Of a stretch of 64,000 bases of DNA, positions 40,476-49,925 are shown one piece after another. Source of the stretch: an uncultured Actinomycetes bacterium (lineage in GTDB: Bacteria; Actinomycetota; Acidimicrobiia; IMCC26256; PALSA-610); the NCBI GenBank assembly GCA_963837155.1, contig CAWIMB010000001.1, positions 92,183-156,182 of the forward strand, given 5' to 3'. The notes under the pieces were generated by a model. That model was not told the DNA's origin. It worked only from the letters and a program-made list of their open reading frames with translations, and made no database searches. The stretch's first letter is position 1. Each line of letters begins with the position of its first letter. Both the position numbers and the translations under genes were made by a program.

Positions 40476-41080
40476 TGCTGGCCGACGACCACTCGATATG
40501 GCGGAGCGGTGTACGGGCCGATCTCGGCGAGGGCTTTCACGTCGTCGGCGAGGCCGGCGATGCGGACGAGGCGATCGCGTTGATCCGACGCGAGAAGCCC
40601 GAGCTCGTCGTGTGCGACCTGAACATGCCCAATGGCGGTGGGATCAAGGTCGCCAAGGAATGCGGCGAGCAGACGCGCATCGTCATGCTCACCGTGTCGG
40701 AGCAAGAACGCGATCTGATCGACGCGGTGACTGCGGGCGCCCAGGGCTATCTCGTGAAGTCGACCCCCGGCCCGGCGCTCCGCGCGGCACTGCTGCGCGC
40801 AGCCAAGGGTGAGCCAGTGTTCTCTCCGCATCTTGCATCGTTGGTGTTGGGCGAGTTCCGCCGGATGTCGAAAGACGCGACCGGTGCGAACCCGTTGTCG
40901 GAACGAGAACGGGAAGTGCTCCAGCATGTCGCGCGGGGCTATTCGTACAAGGACATCGGTGAGCGGCTGTTCATCTCGCCCAAGACCGTCGAGAACCACG
41001 TCCGCAACATCTTGCAGAAGCTCCACCTGAACCGGAAGCAAGAGCTGATCCGGTACGCCGTAGAGCACGGCATCGAATAG
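40457..41080 (+). CDS. Response regulator, NarL/LuxR family
   Basis: ORF 40457..41080 has a receiver domain (VVLADDH...VVCDLNMP...K) and a LuxR HTH (LSEREREVLQHVARGYSYKDIGERLFISPKTVENHV). Confidence 0.9.
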   Translation: MAAVRVVLADDHSIWRSGVRADLGEGFHVVGEAGDADEAIALIRREKPELVVCDLNMPNGGGIKVAKECGEQTRIVMLTVSEQERDLIDAVTAGAQGYLVKSTPGPALRAALLRAAKGEPVFSPHLASLVLGEFRRMSKDATGANPLSEREREVLQHVARGYSYKDIGERLFISPKTVENHVRNILQKLHLNRKQELIRYAVEHGIE

Positions 41081-41311
41081 GCGCCACGACGACACCCCCA
41101 AGCCCGTTTGGGGGCGGTGCCGGATAGTCCGGGTGCCTGAGCGGGTGCAACGTCGTCGCATGCAACGACGACACGACGAGACATGGATCCCCGCGGGCAA
41201 TCTCTGGCCGGCCGAGTGGCGAATGCCTGCACGCGCGCACATCGCGGCACGGCACCGCGTGGTTCGAAACCGCCGTGTGCTGCGAACGCGCTTTCGCCGC
41301 GCCTCAGAACG

Positions 41312-41584
41312 ATGAACGCATCGGCTTGCTCGACCGGGCGGATAACTGCGATCGGTGCCGTCGCCGGTGTGGTGTTGACGCACGCGCTGCTTGGTGTCTT
41401 CGCCTCCGGCAACTCACTGGTCGGGCTCGACCTGCTGTTCGGAGGACTCGTCGGTGCCGCCACCACGCGCAAGTTGTCGGGCCGGCCGGTCCCTCGCGGG
41501 CTCACCGCTGCCATCGCCTGGGGCGGAGTCCTTATCGGTGCGGCGGTCGTCATCTGCGTGCTCGTGTTGTCGGGTTGGTCGTAG
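41312..41584 (+). CDS. Small hypothetical membrane protein
   Basis: This is the C-terminal part of ORF 41183..41584, from ATG 41312. It has three hydrophobic segments and no recognisable family. Confidence 0.35.
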   Translation: MNASACSTGRITAIGAVAGVVLTHALLGVFASGNSLVGLDLLFGGLVGAATTRKLSGRPVPRGLTAAIAWGGVLIGAAVVICVLVLSGWS

Positions 41585-41654
41585 GCGCTCCCCTACGCAG
41601 CTTTGGGGGGTGCGCCGGATATCGCCGGGGGCCCGGCGGCCCGATGCTGCGTGC

Positions 41655-41996
41655 ATGACACACGCACCCTGGTCTCCACCGGCTCCCGTCGCACATCCCG
41701 CAAGCACCGCCGGATCCATTCTCGGGCGGCTCCTCGCCATCCTCCTTGCACCCGCGGCGATGCTGTGGGTGGGCGCGTACGGCTTTTCCGCCGCCGGCTG
41801 GCTCGGGCTGGTCGTGGCCTCAGCAGCGGTCGGCGCCGGCATCGGCGTGCTCATCGGCAACACGCACCCGCCCCAAGACCGCAACGTGGCGCGGGCCGTC
41901 TACTGCTTCGTCGTCCTCGCATGGGGTGCGATGTGCATGGCTGCCACCATCGCCTTCCTCGACACGCTCGCGCGCGGCATGAACGCGTCGATGTGA
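41655..41996 (+). CDS. Small hypothetical membrane protein
   Basis: ATG 41655 within ORF 41391..41996 (MTHAPWSPP...). It has 3-4 hydrophobic helices. Confidence 0.4.
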   Translation: MTHAPWSPPAPVAHPASTAGSILGRLLAILLAPAAMLWVGAYGFSAAGWLGLVVASAAVGAGIGVLIGNTHPPQDRNVARAVYCFVVLAWGAMCMAATIAFLDTLARGMNASM

Positions 41997-41999
41997 ATC

Positions 42000-43355
42000 A
42001 TGGCGACGCAGACTGCAAGCGCAACCGCATCTGAGCTCGCCCGGCAGACGCCTGCGTCGCGAGACCGCTACGTCGACTTCCTTCGGCTGTTCTCGATCAC
42101 CGTCGTCGTGCTCGGGCATTTGCTGATGGCGGTCGTGACGTGGCACGGCCACGAGTTCCACACCGGCAACGTGATCGGCGATGGTGCCGGGCTTGTGGCT
42201 CGCCACGTGGCTGCTCCAGGTAATGCCGATCTTCTTCTTCGTCGGCGGCTTCGCCAACCTGGCGACGATCGACGGCCTCCGCCGCAAGCGGCAAGGCGCG
42301 ACGGAGTTCCTCGCGGGCCGCATCGAACGCCTCCTCCGGCCGGTCGCCGTGCTGCTCGCGGTGTGGGTGCCGTTCGCGTTCGTGCTCGAGCACGTCGGGC
42401 TTCGACGCCCGCGTGCTGCGTTCGGCGACCAAGCTCGTGTGCCAGCCGCTGTGGTTCATCGGCGTGTATCTCGCGGTGACCGCACTCGCGCCGTACATGC
42501 GCGACTTGCACGCGCGCCACGGTGTTCGTGCGCTCGGCGCGCTCGGCGCCGTCGGCGGCAGCCGTCGACATCGTGCGCTTCGGTGCGGCATTCGACGCGC
42601 TCGGCTACGTCAACGTGCTCGTCGTCTGGCTGTTCGCGCAACAGCTCGGGTTCTTCTACGCCGACGGCACGCTGCTCCGCCTGCAGCCGGCGGCAGCTCC
42701 TCGGCACTCGCGTTCGGCGCGCTCGGCGTGCTCGCCGCGCTGACGACGTTCGGACCGTACCCACGCTCGATGGTCGGGCTCCCCGGCGACCGCATCTCGA
42801 ACATGTCGCCGCCGACCGTTTGCCTCGCGGTGCTGACGATGCTGCAGGTCGCGGTCGTGATGCTCGTGCGCCCCGCTGCGCAACGTTGGTTGCAGCGGGA
42901 TCGGGTGTGGACGGTGACCGTCGCCGGCAACGGCATGATCATGACGATCTTCCTCTGGCACCTCACCGCCGCGCTGATCGCGGTTGGCGTGCTGCACCAC
43001 GGTCGGCTTCCCGCAACCGGCCGGCGGTTCGGCGCTGTGGTGGGCGACACGACCCGTGTGGATCGCGAGCGCGCTGATCCCGTTGCTCGGGCTGCTCGCG
43101 CTGTTCGGACGCCTGGAGCGTCCTCGCCCGTGCCGCTACGTCTCGGCCGGCGCGAGCGCGCCGGTCGCGATCGGCGTCGGCACGACGCTGCTGTCGCTCA
43201 CGGTGTTCGGCATCGCGTGCTCGAACCTCGCCGACTTGCTGGCGAACACGCCAGTCGACCTCGTGGTCGTGTCGGTCACGCCAGTGCAGCTCTTGCTCGG
43301 CGCCTTCGTGGGCGCCGCGCTTGTCCGTCATGCGGCTCGCCGAGCCGTGTCGTAA
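42000..43355 (+). pseudogene. Acyltransferase-3 family membrane acyltransferase, about 5 frame changes
   Basis: Coherent protein can only be read by hopping between ORFs 42000, 42181, 42413, 42522, 42413 and 42984. Segments include RYVDFLRLFSITVVVLGHLL, LWLATWLLQVMPIFFFVGGFAN and LVCQPLWFIGVYL. Confidence 0.7.
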
Positions 43356-43368
43356 CCCGGAGAGAACC

Positions 43369-45764
43369 ATGCAGACGATGCACACCTTCGAACGGTGGTC
43401 GCCGCACCGGCGCGACGTGGGTCGCGGCGACCGGCGCGTTCCTGCTCCTCGCGGCGGCGACGATGTTCGTCGCCACGCGATGGGATCAGATTCCCGACGC
43501 AGCCAAGCTCGCCGCGCTCGTCGGCGTCACCGGTGCGTGCGCGCTGATCGGTGATCGGTTGCGGCGCACGCTGCCCGCCACGGGCAACGCGCTGTTCCAT
43601 CTCGGGCGCACTGCTGGTGCCGATCGATGTCGCCGCGCTCGGTATGCGTACGTCGATGACCTGGCAAGAGCTGTTGCTCGTCGACGGCCTCATCTCAACC
43701 GCGGTGCTGACTGCGTGCGCGTGGCGCGCCCGGTCGGTCGTGCTGGCTGCGACGGCGTCGGCCGGCGTGCTGGCGATCGCGGGCGGCATGGCGGCGCTCA
43801 CGGGCATCCCGGCGCCGTTCGTCCTCGCAGCGAATCGCAGCCGCGGCGTGCTTCGTACCGCGGCTGGAACGGCACGCGTTCACATGGGCCGGGCTGCCGC
43901 GATCGCACCGCTTGCGCTGCTCGCGTTCGACCGCGCGATCACCGGTCATGGCGTCGCCGCCGACCTCGGGCTTGTTCCGCGTGCGCGTGGCCGTGGTCGG
44001 TCGCAACGGTCGGGCTGGTCACCGTTCGTCATCGTACGCGGCGCACGTCGTTCGCGAACGAACCGCCGCTCGCGCTGATCGCTCTCGCGGCAAGCGGCCG
44101 CGCACGCCCTCGCCGTGTGGCACGGCACCGCAGATCCCGCACGTCGTCGACGTGCTGGCCGCGCCCTCGCTGTTCGTCGTCGCCGAGCTCGTCGTGCTCG
44201 CGGCACGGCGCGATCCGTTCTGGGGCCGGCCCGCGCACGTGGCCGGGCAAGTCGATTGAAGCATTCGCCGCCGTTCCGACGGTGCTCGCGATTCCGGCTG
44301 CGTTCTTCTACGCGGCCGAGAATCGGCGGGCCGGCGAGGTCGCGATCGCGGCCGCGGTCGGCGTCTTAGGGTGGATCGTCGCCGATGCCCGGCGCGCAAA
44401 ACCCTCTGGGCGCCTCTCCCCGCCGCGGGCGCACTTGGCGTGTTCGCCATCGCGGCGGCGAGCGGCTCGCCCACGGCAGTGGCGGCGAGCGCCATCGCGA
44501 TCGGCCTGGCGGCGGTCATATCGCTCAAGGGTCACCACACGCGCTTCACCTCTCGTACACGGCCGCCGGGTATGCCACCTACGTTGCGATGCTCGACGAG
44601 CGGATCGCACTCCTCGCATCGATCAGCGCGGCCGCGGTGTTCGCGGATCGCGGCGCTCCGCGCCCACGACACGACCCGCGATGAACGGCTCGCCGGCCTC
44701 GCGTTCGCGTTCTCTGCACTCCTGATCGGCGAGCTCACCGGCGCGGCAACGGTCGGCTTTCTCGGCGACGTTGCTGTGGCCGACCGCGTGCTGGATCCTC
44801 GCGCTCGCTTGTGACGCGATCGACGAACGAGCCGGCGATCTCCTCCGGGCCGCGGCGTTCGGCGTGCTGCCATTCCTCCTCATCGGTAACGCCGGCAGGC
44901 GGCGCTGCCCGCGCTCGTTCTCACGGTGCTCGCCGCTGCGTTCGCCGTTCGCACCCGCCGCCCGATCTTCGCCTTTGCTGCGGTCGTGCCTGCGATCGCA
45001 ACAGAGATCGCGTTCGCCGGCAAGCGCCGGCCTCGACCTCGCGACGGCGGACTCGCACTGTGCGTCGCTTCCAGCGCATGGCTCGGGGTCGCCTCACTCG
45101 CGCCCGAGCCGTGGCGTGCGCCGCTCGCGCGCGGCCGGTGCCAGCGTGCTGCTCGGCTTGTTCGGCGCCACGAGGACCGCGCCCGCCTTCGGTCCCGCGC
45201 TGTTGATCACCGGTGCGCTCGCACTCGCCATGGGCCTGGGGATGAACGACGTTCGGCTCTCGCACGTCGGCGGTGCGGTTACAACTGTCGGCTTATGGGT
45301 CACGCTCGGCGCGCAGCACGTGCTGATGTCGGAGCTGTACCTCGCGCCGGTCGCGCTGCACCTGTTGCTCGCCGGCTTCATGCTGCGCAGCCGCGCCGGG
45401 CGTCGTCCGAGCTCATGGGTTGCGTACGGACCGGCGATCGCATTGCTCGCCGCGAGCGCGCTGACCGAACGGATCGCGGGCGGGAGCCCGTGGCATTCGG
45501 TGTTCGCCGGCGCCATCGGTGTCGCCGCGGTCGCGACCGGCGGATGGAGGCGGGCGTCGGCGCCGCTGTTGCTCGGCACCGCGACGCTCATCGCCGTCGT
45601 CGCACGAGACCCTCGACACCAACGCCGGTGTTCCCACGTGGGCGTGGCTCGCCGCCGGTGGGTCGGCGCTGATCGCCGCCGCGGTCGCGATGGAACGCTC
45701 CGACGTCTCGCCGATCGAAGCGGGCCGGCGCGTCGTCGACGTGCTCGGCGCGCATTTCGACTGA
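43369..45764 (+). pseudogene. Very large polytopic membrane protein (~800 aa), at least 12 frame changes
   Basis: GGAGAG-N4-ATG at 43369. Hydrophobic, coding-like segments alternate among all three plus frames (ORFs 43321, 42413, 43551, 43912, 44371, 44385, 44771, 44926, 45519). The C-terminus is ...GVPTWAWLAAGGSALIAAAVAMERS... Confidence 0.6.
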
Positions 45765-45778
45765 GCAAGACTGCGGCG

Positions 45779-46861
45779 ATGACAACGTCCAGCGGGCTGC
45801 TCACTGGAGTGCGGATCCTCGATCTTCACGATCTGGCGGCCGGGTCCGTATGCAACGCAGTTGCTCGGCGAGCTCGGCGCCGACGTGTGCAAGGTCGAAC
45901 CGCCCGGCGGCGACCCGATGCGCGCGTACCCCGGAATGTTCGAAGCGCTGAGCATCAACAAGCGCAGCATCGTGCTCGACCTCAAGGACGATGCAGGACC
46001 GCCGGCGCGCGCTCGAGCTCGCGGCCGAGGCCGACGTCGTGATCGAAGGATTCCGGCCCGGTGTCGCCGCCCGGCTCGGCATTGGCTATGACGACGTGCG
46101 TCGCGTGAATCCGCGTGTCGTGTACTGCTCGGTGTCGGGCATGGGACAGATCGGTGAGCTGTCGACCGCACCCGGCCACGACATCAACTTCCAGGCATGG
46201 AGCGGCGCGCTCGCGCCCGACGGCGGCGCGCCGAGGGAGGCCGCCGTGCCGATCGCAGACCTTGCGGGCGGGATGGCCGCGGCGTACGCGATCTGTGCCG
46301 CGATCGTCAACCAACAACGCACCGGTGCCGGCGAACGCATCGACGTGGCGATGGGCGACGTGCTCGCGACATGGACCGGTGCCGTGCGCCCACGGCTCGG
46401 GGCGTCGATCCGTCTGCCGCGGGGCGTGCCCGGTTACGGCGCGTTTCGCGCGGCCGACGGCGGTTTCGTCACGCTCGGGATCATCACCGAGGACCACTTC
46501 TGGGCGCCGCTGTGCGACGTCTTGTCGATGGGCGACTGCCGCGAGATGCCGTTCCTCGAACGCATGACCCAGGTCGAGTCGCTCCAAGCGCGCGTGGCCG
46601 CCGCGATCGCCGCTCGCCCACCGCGATGAACTCGTGGAGGCATTACTCGCGGCCGGGGTACCAGCCGCGCCGCTCCTCGACCGGTCCGAGATGCTGCTGC
46701 TTCCGCATTTCCGCGAGCGCGGCGTTGTGACGTTCGATGCCGGGTCCACCATCCCGGCGGCCGGACATCCCGTCCGCTTCGAACAGCACCCTGCCACTCG
46801 TCGGTCGGGCGCGCCCGCGGTCGACGAGCACCGCGGCAGCGGCTTCCTCCCGCAGTCCTGA
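45779..46861 (+). pseudogene. Family III CoA-transferase (CaiB/BaiF-like), 3 frame changes
   Basis: Segments read MTTSSGLLTGVRILDL (frame 44771), PYATQLLGELGADVCKVEPPGGDPMR (45861), ALELAAEADVVIEGFRPG...CSVSGMGQ (45991) and VEALLAAGVPAAPL (46634). Confidence 0.75.
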
Positions 46862-47004
46862 CCAGCCCGGGCCCGGCCCGGCACGACCGAGTGTCCGATG
46901 CGCCGGGTGTGTCCCTTGGATGCCGCGCTCGGCTCGCCGATGGAAGGCGTGAGCGCTGCCCAGGGACCTGGCAGCCAGGGGCGGACTCACTCTGGGGAGG
47001 CATC

Positions 47005-47964
47005 GTGACACGACGCGTAGTCACACGATGGAAGAAAAGCGTCCGACGACGCGTGGCGATCGGTGGGGCGGCGCTAACGATCGGCGCGGTGATCCTGTTC
47101 GTCGCAGCGGTGCTGCCGGCTTCGGCCCACAGCGCCCAGCTCTCGGGCCGGACCGTCTGTGCCAACGGCGACCACGTGATCACGTGGTCGATCGGCAACG
47201 ACTGGACGCAGCCGCTGACGATCACGTCGGCGACCGCGACCAAGGGCGGCACGTCGTACGGCGTCAGCGGGTACAGCTCGCGGGTCGCGCCGAACGTGCC
47301 GACCTCGGCGACCACAACCGTGCCGGGGCCGACGACGGGCAGCGTCACGCTGACCGTGACCACGCGCTGGGACGACGGCTTCACGAAGACCGAGTCGACG
47401 TCGGTCGCGCTGATCGGCCCGTGCATGGGCTCGAGCAGCACGACCACGATGCCGCCGACGACGGTGCCGCCGACGACGGTGCCGCCGACCACCGTGCCGC
47501 CGACGACGGTGCCGCCGACGACCGCGCCGCCCACGACCGCGCCGCCGACCACCGTGCCGCCGACCACCGTGCCGCCGACGACCATCGGGACGGAGGGCTC
47601 CACGCTCCCGCCGCCGACTTCCACGACCGTGGCTCAAGACACGTCGACGACCATCGGTTCGCAGGGATCCACTGTGCCGGGGCCAACCACGACGACGGTG
47701 ATGTCGCAGGGTTCGACAGTGCCGCCGCCGACGACTGCCGGCCCGACGCCTTCGACAGGCTCGAGCAACGAGACGACACCGGTTACCGCGAGCGGCGGTC
47801 CGAGCGGACCCAACGCGAGCGGCGGATCGAGTACCAACACCGGTCAGCTTCCGTTCACGGGTAGCAGCCTCTTCGGCCCGATTGTCGGCGCCGGGTCCCT
47901 TGTGCTCGGTGGCATCGCCGTGACCCTCAGCTCGGCACGCAAGCGCCGCCGCGGCACCGTGTAA
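47005..47964 (+). CDS. LPXTG-anchored cell-surface protein with Pro/Thr repeat stalk
   Basis: ORF 46891..47964. GTG 47005 follows GGGGAGG. It has a signal peptide (AALTIGAVILFVAAVLPASAHS), 9 PPTT(V/A/I) units, and LPFTG + TM + RKRRRG at the C-terminus. Confidence 0.85.
   Translation: MTRRVVTRWKKSVRRRVAIGGAALTIGAVILFVAAVLPASAHSAQLSGRTVCANGDHVITWSIGNDWTQPLTITSATATKGGTSYGVSGYSSRVAPNVPTSATTTVPGPTTGSVTLTVTTRWDDGFTKTESTSVALIGPCMGSSSTTTMPPTTVPPTTVPPTTVPPTTVPPTTAPPTTAPPTTVPPTTVPPTTIGTEGSTLPPPTSTTVAQDTSTTIGSQGSTVPGPTTTTVMSQGSTVPPPTTAGPTPSTGSSNETTPVTASGGPSGPNASGGSSTNTGQLPFTGSSLFGPIVGAGSLVLGGIAVTLSSARKRRRGTV
47452..47586 (+). repeat. Nine tandem 15-nt coding repeats (CCGCCGACGACGGTG-like; PPTTV/A/I)
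   Basis: Read directly in the sequence. The units are in frame within the LPXTG gene. Confidence 0.95.
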
Positions 47965-47992
47965 AGGCGTCACGATCGGATCGAGATTGGTG

Positions 47993-48027
47993 TGCCCGTG
48001 AGTACCCGGCGAGGGAACTCACGGGCA
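47993..48027. terminator. Bidirectional terminator-like hairpin between convergent genes
   Basis: A 10-bp stem TGCCCGTGAG / CTCACGGGCA with a 15-nt loop. There is no clear U-tract. Confidence 0.45.
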
Positions 48028-48042
48028 TGTCCAATTTCACCG

Positions 48043-48771
48043 TCAGATGCAAGGCTCGGTGTTGAACTCCTGGTGGCCCCGATTCGGCTGGCATCGCCCT
48101 GACCACGACGCAGAAGCCATTCGCCACGTTCCATCGTTGCGAGGCGTGAACACGAGGTCGTAGCGCGCCTCGGCTACCGAGTCGTCGGCAAGCAGGACGA
48201 ACACGATCACTTGGTGCCGGCCGTTCGACAGCGAATGCTCCTCGACTCGGAGGGCGTTCGCGGGCTCAGTCGGAGGTGGATCGTTCTGCGTGAACGTCAA
48301 CGCGAGCGCTCGGGGGTTGGCGGCGGTGGACGGAGACGAGTCGAGGTAGGCGTTGAATGCGGCGACGGGAACTGTTCCGTTGGGATCGAGCTGCGGGCGC
48401 TCTGCCCACGAGGGCGCCGGCTGTGGTCCCCAGATCACGGTTGTTGTCGTTGTCGGAGATGGTCGCGTCGACGTGGTCGTCGATGGCGGGACCGTTGTCG
48501 GCGCCTCGGTCGTCGTGCTCGTGACGGGCGCGCTCGTTCCGGAGTGATCGTCGGAACGCGTCCCGAGCACGACCGCGGTGACACCGACGACGAGCGCCAC
48601 CAGCGCAGCCGCGGCGAGCGCGTATCTCCACACGCCACGCGCCGGCTTCGGGCCCTGTGCAACCTCGGTGACTTCCGCGGTTGCGTCGAACGCACCCGTA
48701 GGCTCGGGAACCTCCGCGGCCTTCGCGCGCAGCGTTTCTGACAATCGTCGCGTCAGCTCTTCGTCGCTCAT
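48043..48771 (-). CDS. Putative single-pass anti-sigma factor with Thr/Pro linker and unknown extracytoplasmic domain
   Basis: ORF 48043..48939. ATG 48771 overlaps the sigma stop (ATGA). It has a TM (ALAAAALVALVVGVTAVVLG), an STTTEAPTTVPPSTTTSTRPSPTTTTT linker and a C-terminal domain ending in C...C. Confidence 0.6.
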   Translation of the reverse strand: MSDEELTRRLSETLRAKAAEVPEPTGAFDATAEVTEVAQGPKPARGVWRYALAAAALVALVVGVTAVVLGTRSDDHSGTSAPVTSTTTEAPTTVPPSTTTSTRPSPTTTTTVIWGPQPAPSWAERPQLDPNGTVPVAAFNAYLDSSPSTAANPRALALTFTQNDPPPTEPANALRVEEHSLSNGRHQVIVFVLLADDSVAEARYDLVFTPRNDGTWRMASASWSGRCQPNRGHQEFNTEPCI

Positions 48772-49241
48772 CGCTCCAACTCCCTGCGCAGGTCGGCCAG
48801 CCCGCGGTGCAAGCGCGTCCGCACCGTCGCGTCCCGCCAACCGAGTGCGACCGCGATCTCGGATGGCGACATGTCGTTGTAGAAGCGCAACACGAGTACC
48901 GCGCGGCGTTCGGGTCGGAGGTGTGCGAGCCGGTCCCACATCTCGTCGATGCCGGGCTCATTCGTTGCGGGCGGTTCGAAGGAAGAGGCGAGCCGGTCTG
49001 CTTCCATTGCGCTGCGGTGCCGCGACTGCAGACACAGCCGCACGACGGTGGTGCGGAGATAGCCGCCCGGGTTGTCGATCGTGGCGAAGTGCCGGTACAT
49101 CCGCGCGAAGGCCTCCTGCACCAGCTCCTCGGCGACCGCATGCGAACCGATGATCAAGTACGCCGTCCGGAGCATCTCGGCGCGGGAGTCGCGGAAGACG
49201 TCTTCGAACGACCGTGCGGGTTGCTCCACGAATGTTCCCAC
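48768..49241 (-). CDS. ECF-type sigma-70 factor
   Basis: ORF 48768..49724 has region 2 (AEELVQEAFARMYRHF...YLRTTVVRLCLQ) and region 4 (LRFYNDMSPSEIAVALGWRDATVRTRLHRG). The GTG 49241 start is tentative. Confidence 0.8.
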   Translation of the reverse strand: MGTFVEQPARSFEDVFRDSRAEMLRTAYLIIGSHAVAEELVQEAFARMYRHFATIDNPGGYLRTTVVRLCLQSRHRSAMEADRLASSFEPPATNEPGIDEMWDRLAHLRPERRAVLVLRFYNDMSPSEIAVALGWRDATVRTRLHRGLADLRRELER

Positions 49242-49298
49242 GCCTCTACTGATCAGCGAGCGCTGGTGCGCGTTCCCGGTCGCGAGAATTATCTGGCC

Positions 49299-49820
49299 AT
49301 GGACCAGACGAGCCCAGCATGGCTTCCCGCAGACTTCGCGCACCCCGAGCGGGTCGAGCTTCCGACTGGGCACCACATGCGCCCGCTCCGCGAGACCGAC
49401 GTCGACCGTGACTTCCCCGCGGTCATGGGATCGCAGTCGAGGCTCTGGACGATCTTTGGGACGCCGTGGGGATGGCCACCGGCGACAATGACCTACGAGC
49501 AGGACCAAGCTGACCTCGCGCGTCACGAGCGCGAGAACCGCGCCCATGAGTCGTTCGCCTATGCCGTGTTCGACGCCGACGAGTCGTGTCTCTTGGGATG
49601 CGTGTATGTCGATCCGCCGGAACGCGTCGGCGCCGACGCGGACGTCTGTTGGTGGGTCGTCGATGAGGCGCTCGGCGGCCCGCTCGAAGCGTGCCTCGAA
49701 GACGCCGTCCCGAGCTGGATTCACGAGGCATGGCCGTTCGAGAACCCTCGCTTCATCGGTCGTGACATCACCTGGGAGCAGTGGCTCGTCCTTCCGAAGC
49801 TCGCCCGGCCCGAGCGGTGA
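49299..49820 (+). CDS. GNAT-like acetyltransferase family protein
   Basis: ATG 49299 within ORF 48807..49820: PAWLPADFAHPERVELPTGHHMRPLRETDVDRDFPAVMGS...LLGCVYVDPP. The family assignment is from memory of similar proteins. Confidence 0.5.
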   Translation: MDQTSPAWLPADFAHPERVELPTGHHMRPLRETDVDRDFPAVMGSQSRLWTIFGTPWGWPPATMTYEQDQADLARHERENRAHESFAYAVFDADESCLLGCVYVDPPERVGADADVCWWVVDEALGGPLEACLEDAVPSWIHEAWPFENPRFIGRDITWEQWLVLPKLARPER

Positions 49821-49925
49821 TCACGACGCAGAGCATCCGCGCGGCCGCACGCCGATCGTCATAGCGTTTCTCCCCGAGGCTCCGCTTGCGATCGCATGTC
49901 GCGATGGCGCAGGGGGTTCGCAACG

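Noticed and set aside
41183-41311. N-terminal extension of ORF 41183..41584 as coding sequence
   Set aside because: The first 43 residues are Arg/Pro/Ala-rich and non-hydrophobic. They overlap terminator-like hairpins. A start at ATG 41312 is more plausible, and even that gene is low confidence.
47452-47586. Regular short repeats that could suggest a CRISPR-like array
   Set aside because: The units are 15 nt, contiguous and without spacers. They are in frame and encode PPTTV inside an LPXTG protein.
49887-49896. Perfect palindrome TGCGATCGCA upstream of the phasin-like gene as a possible operator
   Set aside because: A 10-bp GC-rich palindrome containing GCGATCGC is expected by chance at this GC content. 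I recognised no partner site or regulator.
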